Shown: positions 12,618 to 24,580 of the stretch, piece after piece
Layout of the letters: each line of letters begins with the position of its first letter
Position numbering within the stretch: position 1 is the first letter of the stretch
Assembly: GCA_010909165.1 (NCBI GenBank)
Contig: MU008179.1
Coordinates: 682,001-746,000, forward strand
Source: Anthoceros angustus
Lineage: Eukaryota > Plantae > Anthocerotophyta
Length of the DNA stretch: 64,000 nucleotides
Reading direction: 5' to 3'
The notes under the pieces: generated by a model
The model's database searches: none
What the model was told of the DNA's origin: nothing
Seen by the model: the letters and a program-made list of their open reading frames with translations, nothing else
Position numbers and translations under genes: made by a program

Positions 12618-13050
12618 CTGAGCCTAGTATTTTCGATGAGGATTTCTTAAGCTTCAGGTCTTCCATCCACTCCAAAGCTCCCCCATGACTGAGCCTAGTG
12701 TTTTCGGTGAGGATTTCTAAAACTTCAGGTCTTCCATCTACTCCTAAGCTCCCCATGACTAGTATTTCTGGTGAGGATTTCTTAAGCTTCAGGTCTTCCA
12801 TCCACTTCAAAACTCCCCCATGACTCTTCCATCCACTTCAAAACTCCCCCATGACTCTTCCATCCACTCAAAGCTCCCCATGACGAGCCTAGTGTTTCCG
12901 GTGAGGGTTTCTTAAGCTTTGGGTCTTCCAAAGCTCCCCCATGACCGAGCCTAGTATTTTCGGTGAGGATTTCTTAAGCTTCATGTCTTCCATCCAAAGC
13001 TCCTCCATGACCGAGCCCAGTGTTTCCGGTGAGGCTTTCTTAAGCTTCAG
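12501..13050. repeat. ~71-bp tandem repeat array (~7 degenerate units)
   Basis: Unit tcccccatgactgagcctagtgtttccgatgaggatttcttaagcttcaggtcttccatccactccaaagc, with partial copies. Confidence 0.9.
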
Positions 13051-13099
13051 GTATCCACTCCGGGCTTCTTAAAACCTTCTTTCTGGTTTTAAGGCGACA

Positions 13100-13285
13100 C
13101 CGTGTGTGGTGGACACGCGTCCTCATCTTGTCCTGGCTGGTCGTCCGTGTGTGGTGGACACGCGTCTTCATCTTGTCCTGGCTGATCGTCCGTGTGTGGT
13201 GGACACGCGTCCTCATGTTGTCCGTGGCTGGTTTTAAGTCGACACCGTCCGTGAGTGGTGGACACGCGTCCTCATCTTGTCCGTC
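13100..13285. repeat. 45-bp tandem repeat (~4 units)
   Basis: ccgtgtgtggtggacacgcgtcctcatcttgtcctggctggtcgt repeated, immediately 3' of the tRNA. Confidence 0.9.
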
Positions 13286-13312
13286 AACCGAGACTGCTCG
13301 AGGCAAAACCTT

Positions 13313-13383
13313 TGCACCGGCCGGGAATCGAACCCGGGTCTGTACCGTGGCAGGGTACTATTCTACCACTAGACCACCGGTGC
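13313..13383 (-). tRNA. trnG-GCC: tRNA-Gly(GCC)
   Basis: Reverse complement GCACCGGTGGTCTAGTGGTAGAATAGTACCCTGCCACGGTACAGACCCGGGTTCGATTCCCGGCCGGTGCA, 71 nt, folds as a cloverleaf. TATA-like motif ~30 nt upstream; TTTT terminator just downstream. Confidence 0.97.
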
Positions 13384-13603
13384 ACACAGTAGAAATTTCC
13401 AAAATACATTATATAGTACTATTCGTCAACCCAGCCTTTCTATCTCTCCCTTCGTTCAGTCCCATCTTCCGTCTGAGTGGACTTTAAATAAAATTCGTCT
13501 TCGTCTTTCTTCATACGTAGTACGTAGCGATGGGATAAAAGACTGTCTCTTTCTATTAACAGGCTTGTGGCTCGTCAATTTCGCCTTTCCTTTACAGGAA
13601 ATG

Positions 13604-16113
13604 CTACACATTCAGCTGCCACCCACGAAAGTTGAGCACTTTAATGGGCGAGCTACCATTGTTAAAGAGATAGACGCGAGCCTTGTCTTCCAGAGCAAGT
13701 GTAGGATACACGCGGGATGTGATGCTCACTCTTCCTCCTTGCGCAAATGTTTCCACGATGGAGTGATCCACCTGCACCAGCCATGGTCATCAGTCCGGAA
13801 CCCGTAAAACGATATTTGCAGTACCTACTCACCACAAAAAGCAGGCTAACGAGCGATACCAGTATTCTCAAAGACAGCTGCGTTTCCGATACTTCGGTTG
13901 GCAGGAAGCTTCCATACGCAGTCTTGTCTAGATCTGCCGCAAGAGAGGATCTGCGTAGAGGTAGAGCAAACTCAGAAAAGGAATTTGCAGTGATGGCAAG
14001 GTACTGTGGTGACAGGGCTTGGGCGAGAAGGGTCTCCAACCTGCTTTGATCGCTGCAGACCAGGACTTTCAAATCCGCAGTCTGCACCAAGCGGAAGGAC
14101 ACGGCAGTGTATTCCTGCAACGCGTGGGCTGCCAGAACCAACACCCCAAAGGATTCCAGGCCTGTTCCGGAGGCCTGGCTGCACAGCTGTTGGGCCTCCA
14201 GTGCTAAAACATCCGTGGGCACGAAGAGGCCGTTGGCTTTTGCTAGTTCTGGTATGTCGAACACTACCTCGATGTCCAGCTGCACATGGCAGGCAGCTTG
14301 ATTGTCAAACTCAGAGGAAGATGGTGGAAACGGAGGCTTCGTGTGCATTCCAGAGCAGCCAGGGCAGAACAAACCCACCTGAGGCCCGCGAAGCTTTCCG
14401 ATTTTCTTCAGTCCACCAGCTTTCAAGGTGAACTCGTTCTTGGTCACTAGGTTTTGCCGCAAAGATTCGACTTCTTCAACAGGCCACTGGATGAGATGGG
14501 TGCCTGTGCTGTTGTCCAGCCATATCTTCCTTGGAATTGCCTGAAAGCAGGGCACCGGATCGGGTTACTATTTCCCACGCGGGTTACTATCTCCCATACG
14601 TGCCTCTGGAATGGCCACCCAGGATAAACAAGGCTCACCTGCACAGATGACCATCCCTTGCTGTAATCGTCTGCCACACTATCCGAGTCGTTGGCCCAGC
14701 CCCAGAGAATACGTCTCTGCTTGTTCTGGTCGTAGAAGGTCTTGGAAGCATAGAATTTGCCATAGTCATACCGCAGCCCAAGTCCAGCGTCAATGGCGTC
14801 AACCACAGGAACAAACGTATGATTCCCTCCTTCATACGTTCCCACAGTGTAGTAGTCATGCTTGGTTATGTCCAAGCTCACTTTCAAGACATGCTTCACA
14901 GAAGGCCCATTCACTGAAGTATCCAAACCTCCGTCTCCTGTGACTGGAACAGGATAAAAGTCAGGACACTCCCACATGCCTGTGAGTTTAACGGAGTGGA
15001 GGGGATGTCCGGCTTGAGTCCAAGTGAGGAAGTCGGAGCTGGTGTAGAGGAGTGCCAACCCAGTTTTGTTCTTTGGGTCTGGTGGGTCGAAGGTCGCTGA
15101 GCCAACCAGTATCCTCCACTTCCCATCGTCTCCAATCCATCCAGTCGTCGGGTCCCTGAAGTAGGTGGCATTGATACCTGGCGGAGTGCGAATTACGGGG
15201 TTTTCCGCCACCTTCTCCCACTTGAGCAACAGCGGGTCTGTGGGATCTACTGGAACAGCTTTGCTCTGCAGCTGTGCACCATCAGAAGCGTCACCCGTGT
15301 ACAGCAGCACTGGTGTGCCATCCTTCAGGAAAGTGGCTGACCCCGACCATACTCCCTTGATGTCGTACCACTTGTCAGGCACCAGGGCAGGATCCAGAAT
15401 CCGCCAGTGTATGAGATCGGTGGACACAGCATGACCCCAAACGATGTTGCCCCAGACAACATCATAAGGATTGTACTGGTAGAACAGGTGGTAATATCCC
15501 TTATAGTACAAAGGCCCTGCCACGAATTGCACATTTCCAACCTGTCATCACCCATTCCTGCATGCAGATTTCGAATCCAAGCAATCAAGAAGGGAAAGGA
15601 AGAGCATGAGGTAACTGACTAGGCACTGACCGTTTGGATCTGCGTCCGTCCAGCCCCAACATCACAGTTCCAAACGGAAGAGTTAGTCCTCGTTACTCCA
15701 TCGCCGCATTGACAAGCATCTCACTACATCACAGCATGAAGGGGACACCAACCGTTCATCCAATTCTTCGAGGGCTGGAAATGGAAAGCTGTCCTGTAGT
15801 AATCCTCCTTAGAGGAGAACGTGTTGACAGGCTCAGCACTCTTTCCCAATGCCCAGACAGTTCCAGGCCGAGAGGCTTCCTCAAAATTCAGGTCAGACGA
15901 AGTCAAGGAAGAAACATGTCTCACAAGCTCTACAATTCCAATAATCCCCCCAGCTCCCACGACGCACAACAGGAGCAACGTCGCCGCCCATTTCCGCAAA
16001 TATGCACCTTTCTCCCCATTCCACACTGGCCTTCTTCCAGCATTAGTTCCTTCAAGGAAGGAAGGCGGCACGCCGATCACAAGAGGAGCAGACTCGTTGC
16101 TCACCACCTCCAT
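13604..16113 (-). CDS. GH32 acid invertase (beta-fructofuranosidase) with N-terminal membrane anchor
   Basis: [14 protein letters not shown]|DPN|[57 protein letters not shown]...SRVYP, stop TAG at 13604. Hydrophobic segment [20 protein letters not shown]. Confidence 0.95.
15631..15639 (-). other. 9-nt micro-exon (ATCCAAACG, encodes DPN) of the invertase
   Basis: cgcag|ATCCAAACG|gtcagt on the minus strand. Restores the WMNDPNG catalytic motif. Confidence 0.92.
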
Positions 16114-16749
16114 GGTGGCGCCCGTGGCTGGGAACTCTTCCTCTGACACTATGGACTCCAACCAAATTTATGACAATGTCGAGCTGAATGCCTTCTACAG
16201 TCAGCAGATCACAGGTTAAGCCTTCAGGTAGGATCCGCACCGGATAATCCGCCTCTTTCTATAATTCATGTTCCCCCGTGGCTCCTCCTGTAGCCTGCAA
16301 TAATGCGTTTCCTCTGCCCCCGGGCAATGCAGATGACAGCAGAAACCGACAGTATCTTTCTAAACAAGTGTGACGAAACTGATGGCAGCAAGGCTGCAGT
16401 GCCCGCATGCCACGACGATGTAGCTTACAGGGCCTACACATTCAGGCTGGACGTTGGACGACCTTTACTTGGGACGACTCGAAGCGACTTTCTAGTCGCG
16501 TCCGAGTGTCATCCACGTGCAGAGTTGGACGGATGTTACTGGGCGCAGCGGGTGACCCCAGCTGTGCACGTAAGTCATTTCCATCCTCTATGCATGGTAA
16601 CATATGTATAATAACATAGTTGCGCCAGTCTTCAGAGGCGGATTGGTCCGAGGTGGTAAGGCAAAGCCCATGGCCAGAGGTAGGTACATTCTCTTGGGCT
16701 GGAAGAATTGGACAGCATGACATGTGCTTGTCTCTGATTTCATTAGGAG

Positions 16750-17065
16750 ATTTTTATTGAGGTGAAAAACTGAGAGGAAAAGCCCATCCAAGAGGGGACA
16801 ACCAAAGGGGACCAGGGTTCGAGATGGAGAGGAGCAACTAAGCTTCCTACCTAAAGTCACCTACTGCACCCACAATGTCATATGCAAGAAGAATAAACGG
16901 CCTGCAAACCACGGAGGTAGAGGAAGATGCGTCACCTACTGTCGCCGCCTTGTGGAGGATCGCCGTTGAGAGCGCCCATTGAAGGGCAATTAAAACCCGT
17001 TGTCAGAAAAGTATGCTGTGAAGTACGAGAGGGACAGCCCCGCACTGTGTCTGTGTGCATGGTAA
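16750..17065 (-). mobile_element. 5'-truncated 3' end of a CRE/RLE-clade LINE
   Basis: Reverse complement closely matches 60040-60345 (…gacattgtgggtgcagt…gtgactttaggtagg…tttttcacctcaataaa). Confidence 0.8.
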
Positions 17066-17079
17066 AACATAATAATTTT

Positions 17080-17166
17080 TGAAGGGGTTGAATAATCTCG
17101 AAGGCGGTTTTCCGTAAATAATCTCTAAAAGGGGGTTTTCCGTAAATACTCTCTGAAGGGGGTTTC
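17080..17166. repeat. Short ~30-bp repeats (possible transposon subterminal motifs)
   Basis: aataatctc..aagg(g/c)ggttttccgtaaat repeated about 3 times. Confidence 0.6.
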
Positions 17167-17517
17167 TTATGGGCCCTAAAACAACATTTTTAAGGCATTC
17201 CGGAAAACATCTCCGAAAAAAAGGGTGTCACCCACTAAAGTTCCTACTTTCCATCCAGCAATGTTTCTATCGAATGGTGGTTGCAAACTCGAACCTATGG
17301 GATTAATGCAAAGTAGGAACGGTAAGGAAGGCTGTTCTTGCCGGGAAGGGACGACTGTAAATTCAGTTTTTGGAGGAAAATGTGGTTTAGTAAGGACACT
17401 ACAAAAGCCATGGACAGGGTATTTCCAAAACACAGTAACATCTGGAATCCAGACGTACAACATTCACTCTAGGACCCTGGGACAAACCGTGATTTCATTT
17501 TCACTCATCACCAGAGT

Positions 17518-18360
17518 TCAATCCTTCGTCATCACTTGGTCCAGCTTCTCCAGCATTGTCATCACTATCTTGATGACACTTTGACTCATTTGTATGAAGC
17601 CGTGCAACTCGCAGAGCTTATCCCTTATCGCTTTTTTTTCCACCACATACACATGTTTCCGTGCGTTCAACACAAACCCATAATACAGGATGGCTCTTTC
17701 ATTCACAAACACCTCCTATATGTTTTTTGGGTAATGGACCTTATTCCCTTTTTTCCTCGGCATTAGACCAGATGGGTTGGCACTCTGACGGACTATGTAT
17801 TCCTACACATATCTCCCTTCATACGCATCTGTGTGCTCGGTCCGATACTAGTGGATAAGAAAGTGAGGTCGCGGTACATCTAGCTTCGCGTCAATGACTC
17901 TCCCCAATCCAGAATGGCCCGTTATGCGTATCCATAGTGCACGGCACTGCCAGAAACATCCCCTTCCGGATTTCCATTATGTTTCCATTCATCCGCGCCA
18001 TTTTTACTGTTGCCTTCCGACATTTTGATATGCCCCCAGTACATATCACGTTGTGGGAGGTTCCTCAATAATGCCTCATCTAGCAAAGCTTCATTCGGCG
18101 AAGTGGTGGTGTATGATCCATACGCACGTGAAAACCACTTCCAAGGGGTAGCACTAGCCCGATGTTATTCTCCACAATGATAGCAATCTCCTTCCGGTCC
18201 ACCCAAAAGGCTTCCCTCCACTTGTACTCTTCAACAGTCACCTATGGACGCAAATCTTTTAACCCTTCCTGCAAATGGGCCACACCTTCCAGCGGTGATA
18301 GGATACCTGCCATTCCCTTCTTGTCCCCCCCTCTAGCTTCACCCGCATGCACCGTAGGAT
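17518..18360 (-). mobile_element. Decayed C-terminal region of a DUF7869-type transposase-like protein
   Basis: Broken frames give GMFLAVPC..PFWIG..VID…FLIH*Y…YEGRY…AILYYGFVL, which resemble the C-terminal domain I recall from these proteins. Several stops. Confidence 0.35.
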
Positions 18361-19664
18361 GGTGCTAAGGGAGACTTAGATGACGTGTTTAAATGAAAAG
18401 GTAAAACTCATTCTACTGAAACTTTGAAGAGAATAAATATTAGTAAGAAATCAAAGCCTTCTGCCTATGTTTTCTAGTTCTAGTCTTAAAATACTAAGCA
18501 CAGTTTTATGGAGGAGGATGATACAACTTTATAAGCACGACTATGTGGTTTAGGCAATAAATACATATTGCTATACAAGCATATATCCTATAGCTATATG
18601 ATACTTTTTTCAGCTTAGAGTATTGGATTCTAAGTTATGATAGCTTTCTACTCTATTTAAAGGCCTTTAAGGATTGAGGTCTTTGGATCTTTCCTTAAAA
18701 TGTTTATGTGTCCCTACTAGAAAAGGGCAGTCATGTTACACTTTATGTTAAGATTTGGACCCCCCTTTGTTGCAATTATGTTAAAATCTTGGGGTCTTGT
18801 TACACTTTTGGGACCCCTTGTTACAGTTTAGGTTTGAAACCAACCCTCCACCTTGTTACAGTCATGTTACAGTCTTGTTGCAATTATGTTGCAATGTAGT
18901 GAGAGGTGGTTTGTGTCCCCTCTCAAAATTTCAACATAATTGCAACAACCAAAGTGTTACATCGTCTCTTGTTACAGTTTTGCAGGCTTGGTACCAAACC
19001 TCCTCCCCATCTACCTTCCTCTTTTTATTACTATTACCCTATGGAATACCTAGTTTTACTTAGTAGTTGCCACCGATATTCGTATGAATACACATATATA
19101 TAAATACATATATGAATATATTCTTTGTAAAATACACGTATTGTTCATGGTAACATATACTATATGGTAATTTCCTGTGATATACGGTCATATTCTATTT
19201 TATATAAAATAAGCATATACGTCACACGGATAACGTACATACTTTGTACACGTCCACGATACGTTTACTAATTTGTCCTTGAGCACTCGGTGCCTTTTGT
19301 GCCTACGAGTTTGTGCTACACGGACCCATGTTTGCTATGCGCCGGCGTGGGGTTGTTTGGCTCCAAGTCCTCCCTCCTTCTCTCTCCCCCTAGACAACTG
19401 CCTCATGTCCGTTACGCGCCTTTTTGCCCTGCCTCGACCATGGCTGCTGTTGGTTGCTCCACTCCTATCCTCCCTCTGCCACCCGCCTCTTCCACTCCCT
19501 TGCGTTGTTTTCACTGTCCACACTCAACACATGTCTGTTACTTGCTGGTGACAGTACACTCGCCCTTCTTTGTGCTACAGCACCCGGATCTGGCCCTCTA
19601 AACACATCCCTCCTACCGTTCATTAGCCTTGTCACTCCCTATTCACCCAAGACCCTGCCCTACT

Positions 19665-21840
19665 AGCATCGCCTTCTCTAATGTCACATCACAGTGTGGT
19701 CACGCATCAAATAAAATTTTGAGGTAGAAAATCACAGCATGGAATGGGTCTTGGCCTCACCTTGCAGCTATACATGTACATGAAACCCCTCCATTCTTCC
19801 ATCGCCTTCCCTAACTTCACATCATAGTCTGGTTACGCATCAGCTGAAAATTTGAGATAAGAAATAACAGCATGGAATGGGTCTTGGCCTGACCTTGCAA
19901 CTACTTGCAATTGTACATGTACACGAGACACCCTGCCATGCTACTATCGCCTTCTCTAACATCAAATCACACTAGCTAGTTACGCAACAGCTGAAAATTT
20001 AAGAGGAAATCACAGTATTGGAACAGGTCTTGGCTTGACCTTGCAATGCTCTGCAAGTACAAGATCTGCTTGCGGTTGTACACGTGATCCCGCCTTGCCA
20101 CCATCCCTTCACCAACATCATGTCACAGTGGTTAGGCATCAGCTGAAAAATTGAGACTGGAAATCATAGCATGGAACGGGTCTCTACTTGAAATCACAGC
20201 ATGGAATGGGTCTTGGCCTCACCTTGCACTATACATGTACATGAAACCCCTCCATTCTTCCATCGCCTTCCCTAACTTCACATCATAGTCCGTTACGCAT
20301 CAAAATTTGAGATAAGAAATAAGATGGAATGGGTCTTGACCTTGCAACTACTTGCAATTGTACATGTACACGAGACACCCCGCCATGCTACTATCGCCTT
20401 CTAACATCAAATCACACTAGCTAGTTACGCATCATGAAAATTTGAGAGGAAATCACGATTGGAACAGTCTTGGCTTGACCTTGCAATGCTCGCAAGTACA
20501 AGATCCGCTTGGGTGTACACGTGATCCCGCCTTGCCACCATCCCTTCACCAACATCATGTCACGGTTGGCATCACCAAAAATTGAGACGAAATCATAGCA
20601 TGGAACGGGTCTCTACTTGAAATCACGCATGGAACGGGCCTCCTCCTCTTCCTTCCTCTCCCTCCTCCTTCTTCCCATCTCCCTCCTCCTTCCTCCTCCT
20701 CCTCCTCCTCCCCTCTACCTCGATCCCTCTCCCCTTTTCCTCCTTGCCTCCTCCTCCTCCTCCTCCTCCTCCTCCTCCTCCTCCTCCTCCCTCCTCCTCT
20801 CCTCCTCCTCCTCCTCCTCCCCTCTACCTCGATCCCTCTCCCCTTTTCTCCTTGCCTCTCCCTCCTCCTCCTCCTCCTCTACCTCATCCCTCTCCCCCTT
20901 TTCCTCCTTGCCTCTCCACCTCCTCCTTCTCTACCTCAGATCCCTCTCCCTCTTTTCCTCCTTGACTCTCCTGCTCCTGCTCCTCCTCCTCCTCCTTATC
21001 TACCTCAGATCCCCGTCCCCCTTTTCCTCCTTGCCTATTGCGTTCTCTAACATCAAATCACACTAGCTAGTTACGCAACAACTGAAAATTTGAGAGGAAA
21101 TCACAGTATTGGAAGTACAAGATCTGCTTGTGGGTGTACACGTGATCCTGCCCGCCACCATCCCTTCACCAACATCATGTCATGGTTACATCTGAAAAAT
21201 TGAGGAAATCATAGCATGGAATGGTCTCTACTTGAAATCACATGGAGCAGGCCTCCTCCTCTTCCTTTCCCTCTCCCTCCTCCTTCTTCCCATCTCCCTC
21301 CTTCCTCCTCCTCCTCCTCCCCTCTACCTCATCCCTCTCCCCTTTTCCTCCTTGCTCCTCCTCCTCCTCCTCCTTTTCCTCCTTGCCTCTCTCTCCTCCT
21401 CCTCTCCTCCTCCTCCTCCTCCCTCTCCTCCTCCTCTACTCCTCTCCCCTTTTCTCCTTGCCTCTCCTCTCCTCCTCCTCCTCTACCTCATCCCTCTCCC
21501 CTTTTCCTCCTTGCCTCTCTCCACCTCCTCCTTCTCTCTCGATCCCTCTCCTCTTTTCCTCCTTGACTCTCCCCTCCCTCCTCCTCCTCCTCCTTATCTA
21601 CCTCGGATCCCGTCCCCTTTTCCTCCTTGCCTATCGTTCTCTAACATCAAATCACACTAGCTAGTTACTGAAAATTTGAGAGGAAATCACGATTGGAAGT
21701 ACAAGATGCGCGGGTGTACACGTGATCATGCCACCACCATCCCGTCACCTCGTCATGTCACATCACGCATCATCTGAAAATTGAGACTAGAAAATCACAA
21801 CTTGAACGGGTCTTTACTTGAAATCACAGCATGGAACGGG
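19665..21840. repeat. Satellite-like array (~130-bp monomers, ~450-bp higher-order repeat) inside the CACTA element
   Basis: Recurrent atcgccttctctaacatcaaatcacac…gaaaatttgag…aaatcacagcatggaatgggtct. Confidence 0.85.
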
Positions 21841-22210
21841 CCTCTTCCTTTCCCTCTCCCTCCTCCTCCTTCCCATCTACCCCTCCTCTTCTTTCCCTCT
21901 CCCTCCTCTTCCTTCCCTCTCCCTCCTCTTGCTCCTCTTCTTTTCCATCTTCCTCCTCCTCCTTATAATCTCCCCTCCCTGTCCTTCCTCCTCCTCCTTC
22001 CCTCTCGCCTCCTCCTCCTCCTCCTCCTCTACCTCGATCCCTCTCCCCCCTTTCCTCATTGCCTCTCCCCTTCCTCCTCTCCTGCTCCTCCTCCTACTCC
22101 TCCTCCTCCTCTACCTCAGATCCCTCTCCCCCCTTTCCTCCTTGCCTCTCCTCCTCTTCCTCCCCCTCCTCTCCCCCTTCTACTCCTCTCCCCCTCCTTC
22201 TCCTTGCCTC
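20640..22210. repeat. Three (CCT)n-rich polypyrimidine blocks (20640-21040, 21250-21630, 21840-22210)
   Basis: Near-pure C/T tracts punctuated by ctacctc(g/a)atccctct and ttgcct motifs. Confidence 0.95.
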
Positions 22211-22931
22211 CGAACATAGAGTGAGCCTCGGACCCACGAACTTAGACATAGGTAAATAATATTATGTTTAGGTCACCTTTAAAGGTGACAGTTAATGGGC
22301 ATGTTACTGTGATATTCAGGTCTGGGCACCATTAACAAATAGTTGTGAAGAGAGAGTGCAAAGAAGAGCGCTAGGAAAAACATTAACTAATTGTACTCCC
22401 AATGGGGTGTAATAAAGATGGGGACTGGGAGAGAAGAGAGAGAGGGGTCCTTGTTACAGTCATGTTGCAATTGCATGAGGAAATTCATAAACAATGCGTA
22501 TGAGAGAGGGGGTGTAGTTAAGAGGGTGAAGTGGTAGGAGAGAGAGCCAGGTTCGTGTTAAGATTGTAGGCCCACTTGGGGAAAGAAATGACAAACTTAA
22601 TACCAAGCCTCCAAATGATGTTGCAAGTTAGAAGTGTAACATAAAATTGCAACAACGACTGTAACATAGGCTGCCCTTTCTAGTAGGGTGTGAAGCTTGT
22701 CTTCTACAATTTACTTCCTCCATATTCCTTTTGAGAGGCTATATATATGAGAAAACTAACATTTGGCGAACTCATCATTATATTCTTGTTATCCATAGTA
22801 AAGAGCACCGACAGCTCGTTGGTCTAGAAGTCGCCCAATTGGACAATCTAAGGTGGGCAACTTGGATTTACTACGAGCTACTTGGACGGTTGACATGGAT
22901 TTATGGCACGCTACTTGGAGGCTTACTGTTT

Positions 22932-23560
22932 TGTTTAGTGTGTGTACTTATGTCTTCAGCACGTTTAGGCTGGCCTACTATTAGCTTACATCCCTCCTTG
23001 CCTACTATTGGCTCACATCCGTGCTTGCCTACTATTGGCTCACATCCGTGCTTGCCTACTATTGGCTCACATCCATGCTTGCCTACTATTGGCTCACATA
23101 TGTGCTTGCCTGTGCATTAGGGATTGTTGTATGTGATATGAGAGATAAGGTTGTGACGTGTCTTTACGATTGCTTAGACCAAGGCAAAATGAAGTTGAGA
23201 ATAGGGTTTTTCATTCGTCATATCAAAGATATTGTTTAGTGTGTGTACTTATGTCTTCAGCACGTTTAGGCTGACCTACTATTAGCTTACATCCCTGCTT
23301 GCCTACTATTGGCTCACATCCGTGCTTGCCTACTATTGGCTCACATCCGTGCTTGCCTACTATTGGCTCACATCCGTGCTTGCCTACTATTGGCTCACAT
23401 CCATGCTTGCCTACTATTGGCTCACATATGTGCTTGCCTGTGCATTAGGGATTGTTGTATGTGATATGAGAGATAAGGTTGTGACGTGTCTTTTCGATTG
23501 CTTAGACCAAGGCAAAATGAAGTTGAGAATAGGGTTTGTCATTCGTCATATCAAAGATAC
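22932..23560. repeat. ~300-bp tandem duplication containing a 27-bp minisatellite
   Basis: Unit gcttgcctactattggctcacatccgt, 4-5 copies per block. Blocks start at ~22932 and ~23232. Confidence 0.9.
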
Positions 23561-24264
23561 GGTTGTAAGATCTCTTAGGTTTTTCTCAAACCAAGGCAGA
23601 ATGGAGTTGAGAACAAAGCCGATGGAAGAGCGTGCTATGGAAACATTGCAACGATTTGAAATGAGGTTGAGGACAAAGCGGATGGAAGAACTGGCTATTG
23701 AAACATCGTCGCTACTTGAAATGACAGAAGAGCCTCTACTTGAAATGGCGAAAGAGCATGCCATCGAAACAATGCCACTACTGGCAGGGGTTATTGAAAC
23801 ATTGTCTCTACTTGAAATGACAAAAGAGCCTCTACTTGAAATGACGAAAGAGCATGCCTTCAAAACAATGCCACTAGTGGTGGGGGTTATCAATGAATCT
23901 TCCAGCACTAAGAGAAAAACCTTGAAAGGAAATAAGTTGCGAAGAATCATCCACAAGTCAATGAACAAAGTTGTGGAGAAAGTGTTGAGAAAAAGGAAGC
24001 AAAAGTCAAGTGAAGACCTAGTGCCATATATTGCCATATATTATTTTAGGGAACACCCCATTGTCTTTGTTGCAGAATGATAGGGAGAGTGCAATATGAT
24101 ACAGTATAGCATATTTTAGGGTTTGGTGGTATAAAATTATAGGAATTACACAATGGTATAGGTATGTGATATTATGTTAGAACGAATATTAAATAATTTC
24201 TTTATTAGGGTAGTCTATATGCTATATAAGGGCTCCTAAGCTAGGCATAGCTCTATTACAATAC

Positions 24265-24580
24265 TTTACTTTGCATGTAGTGTGATGCATCTTGTTTAGT
24301 GCTTATAGCTCTTATTATACCTTGTGTTGTACCATATAAGTCTTGACATAAGCTTCTATTTTACTTTGCATGTAGTGTGATGCATCTTGTTTAGTGCTTA
24401 TAGCTCTTATTATACCTTGTGTTGTACCATATAAGTCTTGACATAAGCTTCTATTGTGCTTCTTACTAGTTATGTACTTGCTCACTATTTTATTGTAATA
24501 GTATTATGTTATACCACAAGATAAGTCTTGACATGAGCTTCTATTGAGCTATTGACTTGTTATGTCCTTGCTCATTATTT
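24265..24580. repeat. ~95-bp AT-rich tandem repeat (2 full + partial units)
   Basis: ttactttgcatgtagtgtgatgcatcttgtttagtgcttatagctcttattataccttgtgttgtaccatataagtcttgacataagcttctatt repeated. Confidence 0.9.

Larger units (their letters stand above)
18712..22688. mobile_element. Non-autonomous CACTA/EnSpm-type element with CCCTA termini
   Basis: Left TIR CCCTACTAGAAAAGGGCAGTCATGTTACA; right end reverse complement CCCTACTAGAAAGGGCAGCCTATGTTACA. 3-bp TSD TGT on both sides. Many subterminal TGTTACA/TGTTGCAA motifs. Confidence 0.85.

Noticed and set aside
12501-13285. Regularly spaced repeats as a CRISPR-like array
   Set aside because: Units are contiguous tandem copies without unique spacers, the context is eukaryotic, and there are no cas genes.
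20617-22259. Pro/Ser/Leu-rich ORFs resembling extensins
   Set aside because: They are translations of (CCT)n tracts open in all frames inside a non-autonomous transposon. No signal peptide or SPPPP-Tyr periodicity.
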